64,000 nt of DNA from positions 20,030 through 84,029 of the IMG/VR virus record IMGVR_UViG_3300020442_001264; one strand, given 5' to 3'. This DNA comes from a virus. Shown here piece by piece: positions 19,020-28,458 of this stretch. Every line of letters begins with the position of its first letter. Within the stretch, counting starts at the first letter, position 1. The notes beneath the pieces were generated by a model that saw only the letters and a list, made by a program, of their open reading frames with translations, was not told where the DNA came from and made no database searches. The position numbers and the translations under genes were made by a program.

Positions 19020-20656
19020 TGAGTATATACGATCAAGCCGCTGATAAGGCTAAAGAACAATTAGATAATATAAGCCCAACAATGTGCTATGCAAAATGGA
19101 GCCAAGTGTCTATGCATTTGACTAATGGCATGACGCATAGTTGCTACCATCCGCCTACACACAAAATACCGTTAGAAGAATTAGATAAAAATATTACAGC
19201 ATTACACAATACAGAAGAAAAGAAAGAACAACGTAGGCAGATGCTTAAAGGGGAAAGGCCCGAAGGTTGTAGTTATTGTTGGAATATAGAAGATACAGGT
19301 TCGAGGAGCGATAGAGTTTATCGTAGTGGAGAATATTGGGCACAGGAAAGCAGAGAAGATATAATGGATGCTGGTGCTAGTGGTAATATTAATCCTCGGT
19401 ATGTGGAAGTTAATTTTAATCAAGCATGTAATTTTAAATGTAGTTATTGTAGTCCACATTTAAGCACAAGTTGGCAAGAAGAAATAGAAGAATTTGGAGA
19501 ATATCCAACGACTGCTCCACATAACAACATTACTAGTCTAACTAACAAAGGTCTTATGCCACTTAAAATAAGCCAAGAAGATAATCCATACGTTACAGCA
19601 TTTTGGAAATGGTGGCCCGAGATGTATAAAACATTACGAGTGTTTCGTATGACAGGCGGTGAACCTTTAATGGACAAGAACACATTTAAAGTATTAGATT
19701 ATGTATATGAGCAACCAAACAAAGACTTAGAATTAAGTATAACATCAAATATGTGTCCAGTCAATGATGCATTGTTTGAAAAGTTTTTATCAAGTGTTAA
19801 AAAACTAGATAATGTACAACATGGTGCGGAAGTATATGTTAAGGATCCTTTAGATGGAACAGACTGGCAAACATGGCAACATTTTATAATAGGCGAAGAA
19901 GCAAAACGATATCACGACAGCGACTTACCAGTAATAGAGCGACATGATATACCGCAAACATTCTTACAAGTCGGACAATGTGAGGAACAAGACAATAACA
20001 GTTATACATACATTTATGAATACAACGATAAAGCATATCATAACTTTAGTGTGTTTGTAAGTTTAGATGGTTGGGGAGAACAAGCAGAATATATGCGTAA
20101 TGGTATGGACTTTGACCAACTATGGAATAATGTACATAGGTTTTTAGATGAAACTAGATATACTAGTGTTAATTTTATTAATACATTTAATTGTTTAAGT
20201 GTAACAAGTTTTAAAGAATTTTTAGAAGGAATATTAGAATTAAGAGAAAAGTGGAGTAAAGAAAATCAATTTGCAATGGGCTGGGAAGTACCGGAACAAC
20301 GTATATGGTTTGATATACCTTTACTGAGAAATCCTGCTTGGCAAAACTTACAAGTATTGCCTAGTCAATATCAGTCTTACATGGAAGAAGCAATACAGTT
20401 TATGGAACAAAATATTGCAAATGAAGATTATGTTGATTACAAAGGATTTAAAGATTTTGAAATTGCAAAAGCAAAACGTAACTTAGAAATTATGAAAAAA
20501 GAGTTGCCTCAAGAAAAATTAATTAGAGACAGAGCAGACTTTAATAAATTTTTTACAGAGCATGACTTAAGGCGTAACACAAACTTTTTAGCAACATTTC
20601 CAGAAATGCATGATTTTTGGGCAATGTGCGAAGAGGCGGAGGCACTTAATGGATAG
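19019..20656 (+). CDS. Radical SAM protein with N-terminal twitch-like domain (#1)
   Basis: CNFKCSYC, TGGEPL; N-terminal CYAKW..SCYHP..CSYCW. Confidence 0.9.
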   Translation: MSIYDQAADKAKEQLDNISPTMCYAKWSQVSMHLTNGMTHSCYHPPTHKIPLEELDKNITALHNTEEKKEQRRQMLKGERPEGCSYCWNIEDTGSRSDRVYRSGEYWAQESREDIMDAGASGNINPRYVEVNFNQACNFKCSYCSPHLSTSWQEEIEEFGEYPTTAPHNNITSLTNKGLMPLKISQEDNPYVTAFWKWWPEMYKTLRVFRMTGGEPLMDKNTFKVLDYVYEQPNKDLELSITSNMCPVNDALFEKFLSSVKKLDNVQHGAEVYVKDPLDGTDWQTWQHFIIGEEAKRYHDSDLPVIERHDIPQTFLQVGQCEEQDNNSYTYIYEYNDKAYHNFSVFVSLDGWGEQAEYMRNGMDFDQLWNNVHRFLDETRYTSVNFINTFNCLSVTSFKEFLEGILELREKWSKENQFAMGWEVPEQRIWFDIPLLRNPAWQNLQVLPSQYQSYMEEAIQFMEQNIANEDYVDYKGFKDFEIAKAKRNLEIMKKELPQEKLIRDRADFNKFFTEHDLRRNTNFLATFPEMHDFWAMCEEAEALNG

Positions 20657-20900
20657 TAGAAAAATAATAGACGCTCTTAAAAAGGGAGTAGTCACAATAG
20701 TATTTGAAAAAATAGACACAAAAGAGATTCGAACAATGCCATGCACATTAAACAATGAGATATCAGAACAAACAATGAAAGTTGGTAATTACACCAGTAC
20801 TGACACAATAGTTTGTTATGGGTTAGATGTTAAAGCATGGCGTGATGTTAGAATAAACACAATCATAGAATGGTACGAAGGATACCCAAAGGAGGCGTAA
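20649..20900 (+). CDS. Small SH3/Sm-like beta-barrel phage protein (WYL_2/DUF2693-like)
   Basis: LKKGVVTIVFEK..EIRTMPCTL...DVKAWRDVR; real start ATG 20649. Confidence 0.65.
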   Translation: MDSRKIIDALKKGVVTIVFEKIDTKEIRTMPCTLNNEISEQTMKVGNYTSTDTIVCYGLDVKAWRDVRINTIIEWYEGYPKEA

Positions 20901-21226
20901 TGCTAGACATAGACAGTATAAGAAACACACTTACAACAAACTTAAACGAAACAAAGTCTGAGGGAGTTGATATAGATATAAATGTAAATGTAATAAGTGA
21001 AGCAAATGGCAAATTTAATGTACAAGTTCACGATAGTGCAGTTACAGTTGATGATGGAAACTTGGATAAAGCAGACATCACAGTAGGCTTTGTAAACAAA
21101 GATGTAATGATAGATATGTTTACAAAGGGAGCAAATCCTATGTCATTAGTTATGAGCGGTAAGATGACTTTTAACGGTGATATGGCAAAAGGAAAAAGTA
21201 TTAAGGGGTTATTCGTAAAAGAATAA
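20900..21226 (+). CDS. SCP2 sterol/lipid-binding domain protein
   Basis: SD AGGAGG; ADITV...NPMSLVMSGKMTFNGDM. Confidence 0.8.
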   Translation: MLDIDSIRNTLTTNLNETKSEGVDIDINVNVISEANGKFNVQVHDSAVTVDDGNLDKADITVGFVNKDVMIDMFTKGANPMSLVMSGKMTFNGDMAKGKSIKGLFVKE

Positions 21227-21233
21227 TAATAAA

Positions 21234-21998
21234 ATGAAAGTTTTAATTTATGGATTACCTGGGTCTGGCAAAAGTTACTTAGCAGAAAAACTTTGCGAGT
21301 ATTTAGGTGATAAAGTAAAATGGATAAATGCTGATAAGGTTAGAGAAGAAGCAAATGATTGGGACTTCTCCGAAGAAGGTAGATATCGACAAAAACACAG
21401 AATGAAAATGCTGTGTGAACAAGCAGAAGCAGAAGGCAAAATAGCATTAGCAGATTTTGTTTGTCCTTATGTAACTGCAAGAGAAGAATTCAATGCAGAC
21501 TATAATATATTTGTGGATGCTATTGACGAAGGAAGGTTTGAAGATACAAACAAAATCTTTGAACGTGACAAAAATTATGATTACAGAATAAAAAATCATA
21601 ATAATATGGATGCAATTAATCTTGCTTGGATATTAGGTAACTTGTATATATGGGATTGGAAAGCACCTACAACACAAATGTTGGGAAGGTTCCAACCATG
21701 GCATGACGGTCATCAAGCATTGTTTGATAGAGCATTAGCAAAACACGGACAAGTGTTTTTAATGATTAGAAACATGGATACAGATGATAACAATCCTTAT
21801 CCGGCACCAGATGTTGCATCACACTTGAAAAGAGAATTGGTACATTATGCAGGTAGATTACAAATACAAGTAGTACCAAATATCGTAAACATAACTTATG
21901 GAAGAGACGTTGGATACAAAATTGAACAAGAACATTTTGATAAAAGCATTGAAGACATAAGTGCAACAAAAATAAGAAATGAAGGAAAGCAAACTTAG
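21234..21998 (+). CDS. Adenylylsulfate-kinase-like P-loop domain fused to an HxGH nucleotidyltransferase domain
   Basis: GLPGSGKS, NADKVR, DWDFS, ADFVCP; then LGRFQPWHDGH and ISATKIR. Confidence 0.75.
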   Translation: MKVLIYGLPGSGKSYLAEKLCEYLGDKVKWINADKVREEANDWDFSEEGRYRQKHRMKMLCEQAEAEGKIALADFVCPYVTAREEFNADYNIFVDAIDEGRFEDTNKIFERDKNYDYRIKNHNNMDAINLAWILGNLYIWDWKAPTTQMLGRFQPWHDGHQALFDRALAKHGQVFLMIRNMDTDDNNPYPAPDVASHLKRELVHYAGRLQIQVVPNIVNITYGRDVGYKIEQEHFDKSIEDISATKIRNEGKQT

Positions 21999-22167
21999 AA
22001 GTTTAGGAAAAGCAATTACATGGAGAATCACTGCAACACTCACGACAATTATAATAGCATGGCTACTTATAGGAGATGTAAATGTTGCCATGGCGATTGG
22101 CAGTATAGAGTTTTTTGCTAAATTTTTAATTTACTACATTCATGAAAGAGTATGGAACAAAATATGA
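21979..22167 (+). CDS. DUF2061-like small membrane protein
   Basis: RSLGKAITWR...YYIHERVWNKI. Confidence 0.75.
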   Translation: MKESKLRSLGKAITWRITATLTTIIIAWLLIGDVNVAMAIGSIEFFAKFLIYYIHERVWNKI

Positions 22168-22331
22168 TAGCAAAAGATCCAGGAAAAATGCATTACTATA
22201 TTAGTTTAGTAAAAAGCGGAGTTAGAATAGCAGGTTGTATAGGAGCAGTGGTATTACAGAGTATAACACTTTTGGCTGTTTCTTTTTTACTTGCAGAGAT
22301 ACTAGGAATACTAGAAGAAGTAATTGATTAA
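22164..22331 (+). CDS. Small membrane protein (55 aa, not in ORF track)
   Basis: MIAKDPGKMHYYISLVKSGVRIAG...AEILGILEEVID; ATGA overlap. Confidence 0.6.
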   Translation: MIAKDPGKMHYYISLVKSGVRIAGCIGAVVLQSITLLAVSFLLAEILGILEEVID

Positions 22332-22332
22332 G

Positions 22333-22340
22333 AGTAAATA
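22333..22340 (+). promoter_or_regulatory. Late-promoter-like element AGTAAATA, 5 nt before ATG 22346
   Basis: TAAATA at 22335-22340, then CAACA, then ATG. Confidence 0.65.
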
Positions 22341-22345
22341 CAACA

Positions 22346-22948
22346 ATGCCACATTTAAAAAGAATAGCAATTACAGGACACACTAAAGGTATAGGAAAAC
22401 AACTTTGGAATCGTCTAGAAGACAGAGGGTTTGAGCTTAAAGGCTTTAGTAAAAGTACTGGATTTAATTTACAACGTGTGAGTACATGTAAAAAGGTTGT
22501 ACAAGAGGTTGTAGATTGGAATGCTGATGTGTTTATAAATAATGCATACGTTCCTGATAATCAAGTTAGGTTGTTATATCTATTATATGAGCATTGGGAA
22601 AACAAGCCTAGGTTAATTGTAAACCTAAGTGCAACAAGTAGTGATAGTATCACTAACTTTAGTCAAATGGGTTACAATGAAAACTGGACTCCATATGTAA
22701 GTGACAAAGCAAGGTTAGACTTTGCTAGTCTACAATTGGCTAATATGTATAAAAAAGGCAAATGTAGAGTTAGTCTAGTAAAGCCTGGTTTTGTAGATAC
22801 TGACAGTACTGCTATGTTTAAAAGTTTTGCTGAAGACTATATGATGACAGCAGATAGTGTAGCAGAACAACTAGAATGGTTAATAGATTTAGGCAAGGAA
22901 GTACAAGTTAGAAATTTAAGTTTTGACGTAGGAAATTTCAATGGTTAG
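22346..22948 (+). CDS. Short-chain dehydrogenase/reductase (SDR)
   Basis: ITGHTKGIG, FINNA, YVSDK (YxxxK), VKPGFVDT. Confidence 0.85.
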   Translation: MPHLKRIAITGHTKGIGKQLWNRLEDRGFELKGFSKSTGFNLQRVSTCKKVVQEVVDWNADVFINNAYVPDNQVRLLYLLYEHWENKPRLIVNLSATSSDSITNFSQMGYNENWTPYVSDKARLDFASLQLANMYKKGKCRVSLVKPGFVDTDSTAMFKSFAEDYMMTADSVAEQLEWLIDLGKEVQVRNLSFDVGNFNG

Positions 22949-24611
22949 AAAAGTAGGAGAAACACATAGAGAATTTAAAGCACGGATGATAGATCCTGTG
23001 TCAGAATCTTTTTGTGGTGCTAAGTGGCTAAATGCTACTATATGGTTAGGACATGGCGGAACTACAAGTTGCCATCACCCTCCAGCACATCAAATAGATT
23101 TAGAAGAAATAAAAACTAATCCAAGTGCTATACATAACAGTAGGCACAAAAAGAAAATGCGTGACATGATGCAACAGGGCACAAGACCTAAAGAATGTGA
23201 ATACTGTTGGAAAATAGAAGACATGGGTAAAGACGCAGACGGTAATGAACCTGTAAGTGATAGAGTATATAAAACTGTTATCTATGAGGATAGCGATTTA
23301 GAAAGAATTGCCACCCTAGATCCCCAGGCTGATGTTAATTTAAAAACATTAGAGATAGCATTTGATAGAACATGTCAACTAGCATGTAGTTATTGTAATC
23401 CTGCTTTTAGTAGCACATGGGTTAAAGACATTCGAACTAACGGCGGCTATCAAGGAATAAAAAGTGATGCAAGAGGTCACTTTATAGATGATGCTCCGTA
23501 CGCCGAACCATTTCAACGAGGAGACTTTAATCCTTATGTAGATGCATTTTGGAGATGGTGGCCCGAACTATCTAAAGAACTAGAAGAGATTAGAGTTACA
23601 GGTGGCGAACCTTTAATGACACCAGACATATATAAATTGTTTGACTGGTTTAAAGAAACAGATGACCCAAACAAACACAAAATGCGATTAGCAATTAATA
23701 GTAACTTAATGGCTAAAGAAGAACTTCTTAATAAATTTATAGATGCTACACAGCACATAGACCACTTTCATGTTTATACAAGTTGTGAAGCCTTTGGCCC
23801 ACAAGCAGAATATATCAGAGATGGCTTAGAGTGGGAAGTGTGGACCGAACACTTTGAACGTTTTGCCACAGAAGCAAACTATGAAGGTGTTCATATGATG
23901 ATGACCATTAATGCTTTATGTTTAGATACTATTACAAAGTTTTGGGATTGGTGTTTAGATATGAAACGAAAATACGGGCACCATGTACCTGGTATAAGTG
24001 TAAACATATTGCGTTTTCCAAGTTTTCAAAGTCCGTTAACATTACCAGACAATTTGCGTAAAATGTATCATGACGAAATTAGTGAATGGCTAAACAACGT
24101 AAGAGAAAAAGCAGAAACAGATAGCAACGGTGTAGAACTTTTACAACCGTGGGAACAAGACCAAATAAGTCGACTAATAGAATATTTAGACGTTGTTAAG
24201 ACCCCGCATAGAAATACAGCAGACAGAGAGTTACTAGAACACGACTTTAAAATATTTTACGAACAATACGATGCTAGAAGAAATTTTAATTTTAAAGAAA
24301 CATTTCCTAGACTAGCAGAATTCTATGACAGTATAAAAGTTTTAGATATAACTGACGGTGACAATGACGTACAATCGCCTGATAGTATAGGAATAAAAAA
24401 TACATTGTATGCAAAACGTATTGTAACAGAAGACGGTGAAGTCAAGGTAGTAGAAATGAAAGTTCGTGGTAGACAAACAGGGGAAAGCCAAGATGACTAT
24501 GACGATGACAAATATGCTGAAGACGAAGCCAAAAACAAACGTGTAGGAAGTAGCATTGGCTGGGATACCGAAGTTGACGGTTTAGGTGGAACAGTAGATG
24601 AAGAGGATTAA
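22941..24611 (+). CDS. Radical SAM protein with N-terminal twitch-like domain (#2) and acidic C-terminal tail
   Basis: CQLACSYC, TGGEPL; N-terminal CGAKW..SCHHP..CEYCW. Confidence 0.9.
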   Translation: MVRKVGETHREFKARMIDPVSESFCGAKWLNATIWLGHGGTTSCHHPPAHQIDLEEIKTNPSAIHNSRHKKKMRDMMQQGTRPKECEYCWKIEDMGKDADGNEPVSDRVYKTVIYEDSDLERIATLDPQADVNLKTLEIAFDRTCQLACSYCNPAFSSTWVKDIRTNGGYQGIKSDARGHFIDDAPYAEPFQRGDFNPYVDAFWRWWPELSKELEEIRVTGGEPLMTPDIYKLFDWFKETDDPNKHKMRLAINSNLMAKEELLNKFIDATQHIDHFHVYTSCEAFGPQAEYIRDGLEWEVWTEHFERFATEANYEGVHMMMTINALCLDTITKFWDWCLDMKRKYGHHVPGISVNILRFPSFQSPLTLPDNLRKMYHDEISEWLNNVREKAETDSNGVELLQPWEQDQISRLIEYLDVVKTPHRNTADRELLEHDFKIFYEQYDARRNFNFKETFPRLAEFYDSIKVLDITDGDNDVQSPDSIGIKNTLYAKRIVTEDGEVKVVEMKVRGRQTGESQDDYDDDKYAEDEAKNKRVGSSIGWDTEVDGLGGTVDEED

Positions 24612-26013
24612 ACCATTATGGGCACATGGAAACATGCTACCCGAATCACCCAATAAAGTATTCTGTACAGCACCGTGGACACATACTTACATTTCACCGC
24701 AAAGTGAAAGACGTATGTGTTGTGCTAGTAGAGAAGAACACAAATTCCAAAAGCAGTACATCGACGCCAGCAACGATGAGAAGTATGGTGAAGTAAAAGA
24801 GTCTGGAACTATAGAAGACTACAAACAAAATGTTGTAAGCCTTAAAGAGCATTGGAACTCGCCTTACATGATGGACATAAGAAAGAAACTTATGGCAGGC
24901 GAACGTATTCCACAATGTGATGTGTGTAATGACAGCATACTAAGTCAAAGCACATATCGTCAATGGTTCACAGGATTTTTGTTTGAAAAATATATCGACA
25001 AATGTTTTGAGGAGACAGACGAAAATGGATACACTACTATGGAACCTATCAGTTTTGACTATAGGGTTAGCAATCTGTGTAACTTTAAGTGCCGTATGTG
25101 TGGCGAACAACTTAGCTCAACGTGGGAAACAGAAAAGAGACAACATGGTCATTGGACGCCTGAGAACCAACCGTTTATGGTTCCGGAGAACAAAGAGATT
25201 ATCGAGAAGTTCCAAAAAGAAGTTGTAGAAGAAGAATTTTGGGACGCCATATGTAGAGGCATTGTAGAAGAAATATATTGGGTAGGCGGTGAGCCACTAA
25301 TGTATGATATACATTGGCGCTCTATGGATAGACTATCACAAGACGGCAATTTAGACAAAGTACATCTAAGGTATAACAGTAATCTAAGTAGAGTTAGATA
25401 TGGCAAATACTATTTGTACGATTGGTTACCACAAGCAAAAGACTGGACCATGTGTGCAAGTATAGACGGCATAGGACAAATAGGCGAGTTTATACGAACA
25501 GGTTTAGACTGGGAGCAATGGGATAAAAACTTTAGAGAAGGTGTACAGTTACCAGGCGGACATCAAAAGATGTTGATGGACTTAACATTAACAGGCCCGG
25601 GCCTATTTGGTCTTAGAGACTTTGTAAATTACGCATTAGAGAATGATGTAAAGATAGAAACAAAGACAATGTTTGCCTTCCATCCAGATATTGTGTTCAG
25701 TTTTATGAGTTGGCCTAGACATATATTAGATAGAATAGTAAACAGTTTATTAGATGACTTACGACCTATAGTGACAGAAAAACAACAAACAGTAATTACG
25801 CAACTAGAGTCTATCCTAAATACTCCTACATTTCAAGAACAATTTCCTGATACAGCAGAAGACCAGTTCTTTAATGGCAGACAATGGCAAAGAACAATAG
25901 CAGAAATTAGAAATGACGGACACGAAAGTTTAACAATTGAAGATATTTATTCAGCAGACCAAGAATTATTAGATTGGTATTCACGTGTTGATCCAAAACA
26001 CAATAGTAGGTAA
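24598..26013 (+). CDS. Radical SAM protein with N-terminal twitch-like domain (#3)
   Basis: CTAPW..CC..CDVC; CNFKCRMC; VGGEPL; ASIDG. Confidence 0.9.
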   Translation: MKRIKPLWAHGNMLPESPNKVFCTAPWTHTYISPQSERRMCCASREEHKFQKQYIDASNDEKYGEVKESGTIEDYKQNVVSLKEHWNSPYMMDIRKKLMAGERIPQCDVCNDSILSQSTYRQWFTGFLFEKYIDKCFEETDENGYTTMEPISFDYRVSNLCNFKCRMCGEQLSSTWETEKRQHGHWTPENQPFMVPENKEIIEKFQKEVVEEEFWDAICRGIVEEIYWVGGEPLMYDIHWRSMDRLSQDGNLDKVHLRYNSNLSRVRYGKYYLYDWLPQAKDWTMCASIDGIGQIGEFIRTGLDWEQWDKNFREGVQLPGGHQKMLMDLTLTGPGLFGLRDFVNYALENDVKIETKTMFAFHPDIVFSFMSWPRHILDRIVNSLLDDLRPIVTEKQQTVITQLESILNTPTFQEQFPDTAEDQFFNGRQWQRTIAEIRNDGHESLTIEDIYSADQELLDWYSRVDPKHNSR

Positions 26014-26015
26014 CC

Positions 26016-27341
26016 ATGCTAAATTATGAATCATTCAACGACTCGGTAGTATGGTATATAAAAAAATTACTAAGCAGTGATGCTGTTCCATATAAAGACG
26101 TCATAAAAAATATAAAAGAATTTTATATTGTATCAACATTATGTGTTGCAGATGATATGGGAGGTGTTTCAGCAGATAAATCTAAAATATTAGAAGACAA
26201 TCAGGACTTAGTAAGCATAAGTCCTTATTTGGTAGAAGGAAACTTTTCTAATAAATTTGTATGCAAAACATTAATATCCGATGACCATAAATTATTAGAT
26301 GTAAAAAAGTTATGTGAAACATATCCAGATAAAACATTTTATTTTAGTATGGGTATATCTACATTTCCTAATAATGATAAAAATATATCATATGATAAAA
26401 TTGTAAAAAAATTAATTGACTTAGATGTAGATAACTTACATGTTTGTTTTATGAACGGATGGGATATGTACACAGACCAATGGGAAGGATTTGACAGATG
26501 TGAAAAAATAAAAAGATGCTTTGCAGATTGGCCTGAAGAAAAAATTAAATTTTTATTGTGTAACATTAGTATTGTGAGAAAATATAGAAAATATTTCCCA
26601 CAAGCAGATGTGCAATATTTTTCAATATACCCTGCAAGAATATTTGATAGTCCGGGCAAGAAAACTTATCCAAAACGTATTGTAGATAAAACACATAACC
26701 AACGCAGAAAAAAGAAAACTATTTGTTTAAATAATTATGAGAAACGTCATAGAACAGAAATCGTAAATTTATTAGACTATTACAAAGGCGATGTTTTTAT
26801 TTCTTATAGAGAACACGGTATATATTTAGATAAAGAAGTTACACCAAAATTTAATAAAAACTTTGAGCATGATTTTTTTAGAAATCAAGACAGTCCTCCT
26901 TATAGAATAATTTCAAATACATATAGTTGGATAGCAACAGAAACTTTGTTTTATGGTTCTAATCCTGGTACTTATAATGATAATTTTCAAACACTGGAAG
27001 GCTTTGTAACAGAAAAAACATTGAAAGCATTTTACTTTGAATTGCCTGTTCTTATTGTTGGTTTGCCTAGAACATATTTACATTTAAGAAGTATAGGATA
27101 TCAAACCTTTCCTGAATTTTGGGATGAAAGTTTTGACACAGAAGAAAACGATAGTGTAAGATTAGAACTTATAAAAAGGGAAATACAAAAGTTTTTAGAC
27201 AAACCTATACAAGAAATACATGAGATGTTTTGGAGTCCAGAGATACAAAATAAACTCGAAAACAATAAAAATTTATTTTTGAAATATGCTAAAAACGATC
27301 CATTTAGTAATTTAGGATTTAAAGAAAAATATGGATATTAA
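26016..27341 (+). CDS. TEK-motif glycosyltransferase-like protein
   Basis: CLNNYEKRHR, IATET, FVTEKTLK, GYQTFPEFWDESFD. Confidence 0.55.
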   Translation: MLNYESFNDSVVWYIKKLLSSDAVPYKDVIKNIKEFYIVSTLCVADDMGGVSADKSKILEDNQDLVSISPYLVEGNFSNKFVCKTLISDDHKLLDVKKLCETYPDKTFYFSMGISTFPNNDKNISYDKIVKKLIDLDVDNLHVCFMNGWDMYTDQWEGFDRCEKIKRCFADWPEEKIKFLLCNISIVRKYRKYFPQADVQYFSIYPARIFDSPGKKTYPKRIVDKTHNQRRKKKTICLNNYEKRHRTEIVNLLDYYKGDVFISYREHGIYLDKEVTPKFNKNFEHDFFRNQDSPPYRIISNTYSWIATETLFYGSNPGTYNDNFQTLEGFVTEKTLKAFYFELPVLIVGLPRTYLHLRSIGYQTFPEFWDESFDTEENDSVRLELIKREIQKFLDKPIQEIHEMFWSPEIQNKLENNKNLFLKYAKNDPFSNLGFKEKYGY

Positions 27342-28458
27342 AACTATTAGATTTGAAAGAAGCAACTTTGATAATACAAAGTATAATGAAGCATCTAAGT
27401 TTCAAAGAAAATTCTTAAATGATTCAAAAGCATTAGAACTTGAACACAATATCTTTAGTTTATATGCTCAATTAACAGACGATGTGCCTGATGTTATAGA
27501 CTTTGCAAATCTACAAAGCAATGATTATTTTTACGAGATGTCCACGTTTCAATTTTATGCATTAGCGGACAGGTCTTGGATAAAAGATAAAAATATTATA
27601 GTAACAAATTTATACGAGCCTTGGATTATAGGTATTCCGTTTGATGACCAATTAGATATGATGCCTAAAGTATTTGACGATCCTACATTATTTGATTGTG
27701 TACATACTGCAAAAAGTTTTACAATTTGCTTAGACAATTCAGATCCTAGACTTGCTAAAAAGTATCCAGATATAAATTGGGTGTGTCCTAACATGTGGCA
27801 CTCAGAAGCATTTCTAAGTTTTACAGATGAGGTATCTATTTTGAGAACACAATTTGTTGAAAATGTAAACATGCTTGATTATATAGATGAACATACACAC
27901 AAAAATAAACCACATGACTTCACTTGCTTAATAGGCAAAATAAAACCACACAGGCTTGACTTTTGGTTCTCTTTAATTAATAATAGTTTAGTAGAGCACA
28001 ACATTGTAGGTAGTTGGGATAAACATATTATAAATCCCAAATATGAAATTAAACCAAATCAAGAAAAAGACAGAGTTATCAAACAAGAATGGATTGAAAA
28101 ATCTAAAGTTTGGATATCGTTAGAATCATTTCCTGAACAAAATGGTGATTGGCCTATAACACAGATTACAGAGAAAACGTTTAAGCCTATAAGATATGGT
28201 ATGCCTTTTATTGTGCATGGAAGTAAACACACATTACAAACACTAGAAGACATGGGTTACGATTCTTATAGAAGTGTATTTGGTGATTATATAAGAACTA
28301 ACTATCAAGAAACAAATGAGTATATTATAGACATTTTAAAAAATGTAGATACATATGACTGGGATAAAATAAAAGACATCGCTAAACATAATGTACAAGT
28401 TTTGCAAAAATGGGATAAGGAAAAATATTTTAAAAGTATTCTAAAGCAAATCAAATGA
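27331..28458 (+). CDS. TEK-motif glycosyltransferase-like protein
   Basis: GKIKPHR, ISLES, ITEKTFKPI..GMPFI, HN. Confidence 0.55.
   Translation: MDIKTIRFERSNFDNTKYNEASKFQRKFLNDSKALELEHNIFSLYAQLTDDVPDVIDFANLQSNDYFYEMSTFQFYALADRSWIKDKNIIVTNLYEPWIIGIPFDDQLDMMPKVFDDPTLFDCVHTAKSFTICLDNSDPRLAKKYPDINWVCPNMWHSEAFLSFTDEVSILRTQFVENVNMLDYIDEHTHKNKPHDFTCLIGKIKPHRLDFWFSLINNSLVEHNIVGSWDKHIINPKYEIKPNQEKDRVIKQEWIEKSKVWISLESFPEQNGDWPITQITEKTFKPIRYGMPFIVHGSKHTLQTLEDMGYDSYRSVFGDYIRTNYQETNEYIIDILKNVDTYDWDKIKDIAKHNVQVLQKWDKEKYFKSILKQIK

Noticed and set aside
19814-20045. Possible intein in rSAM #1
   Set aside because: No N-terminal Cys/Ser block, and the His-Asn is followed by Phe rather than Cys/Ser/Thr.
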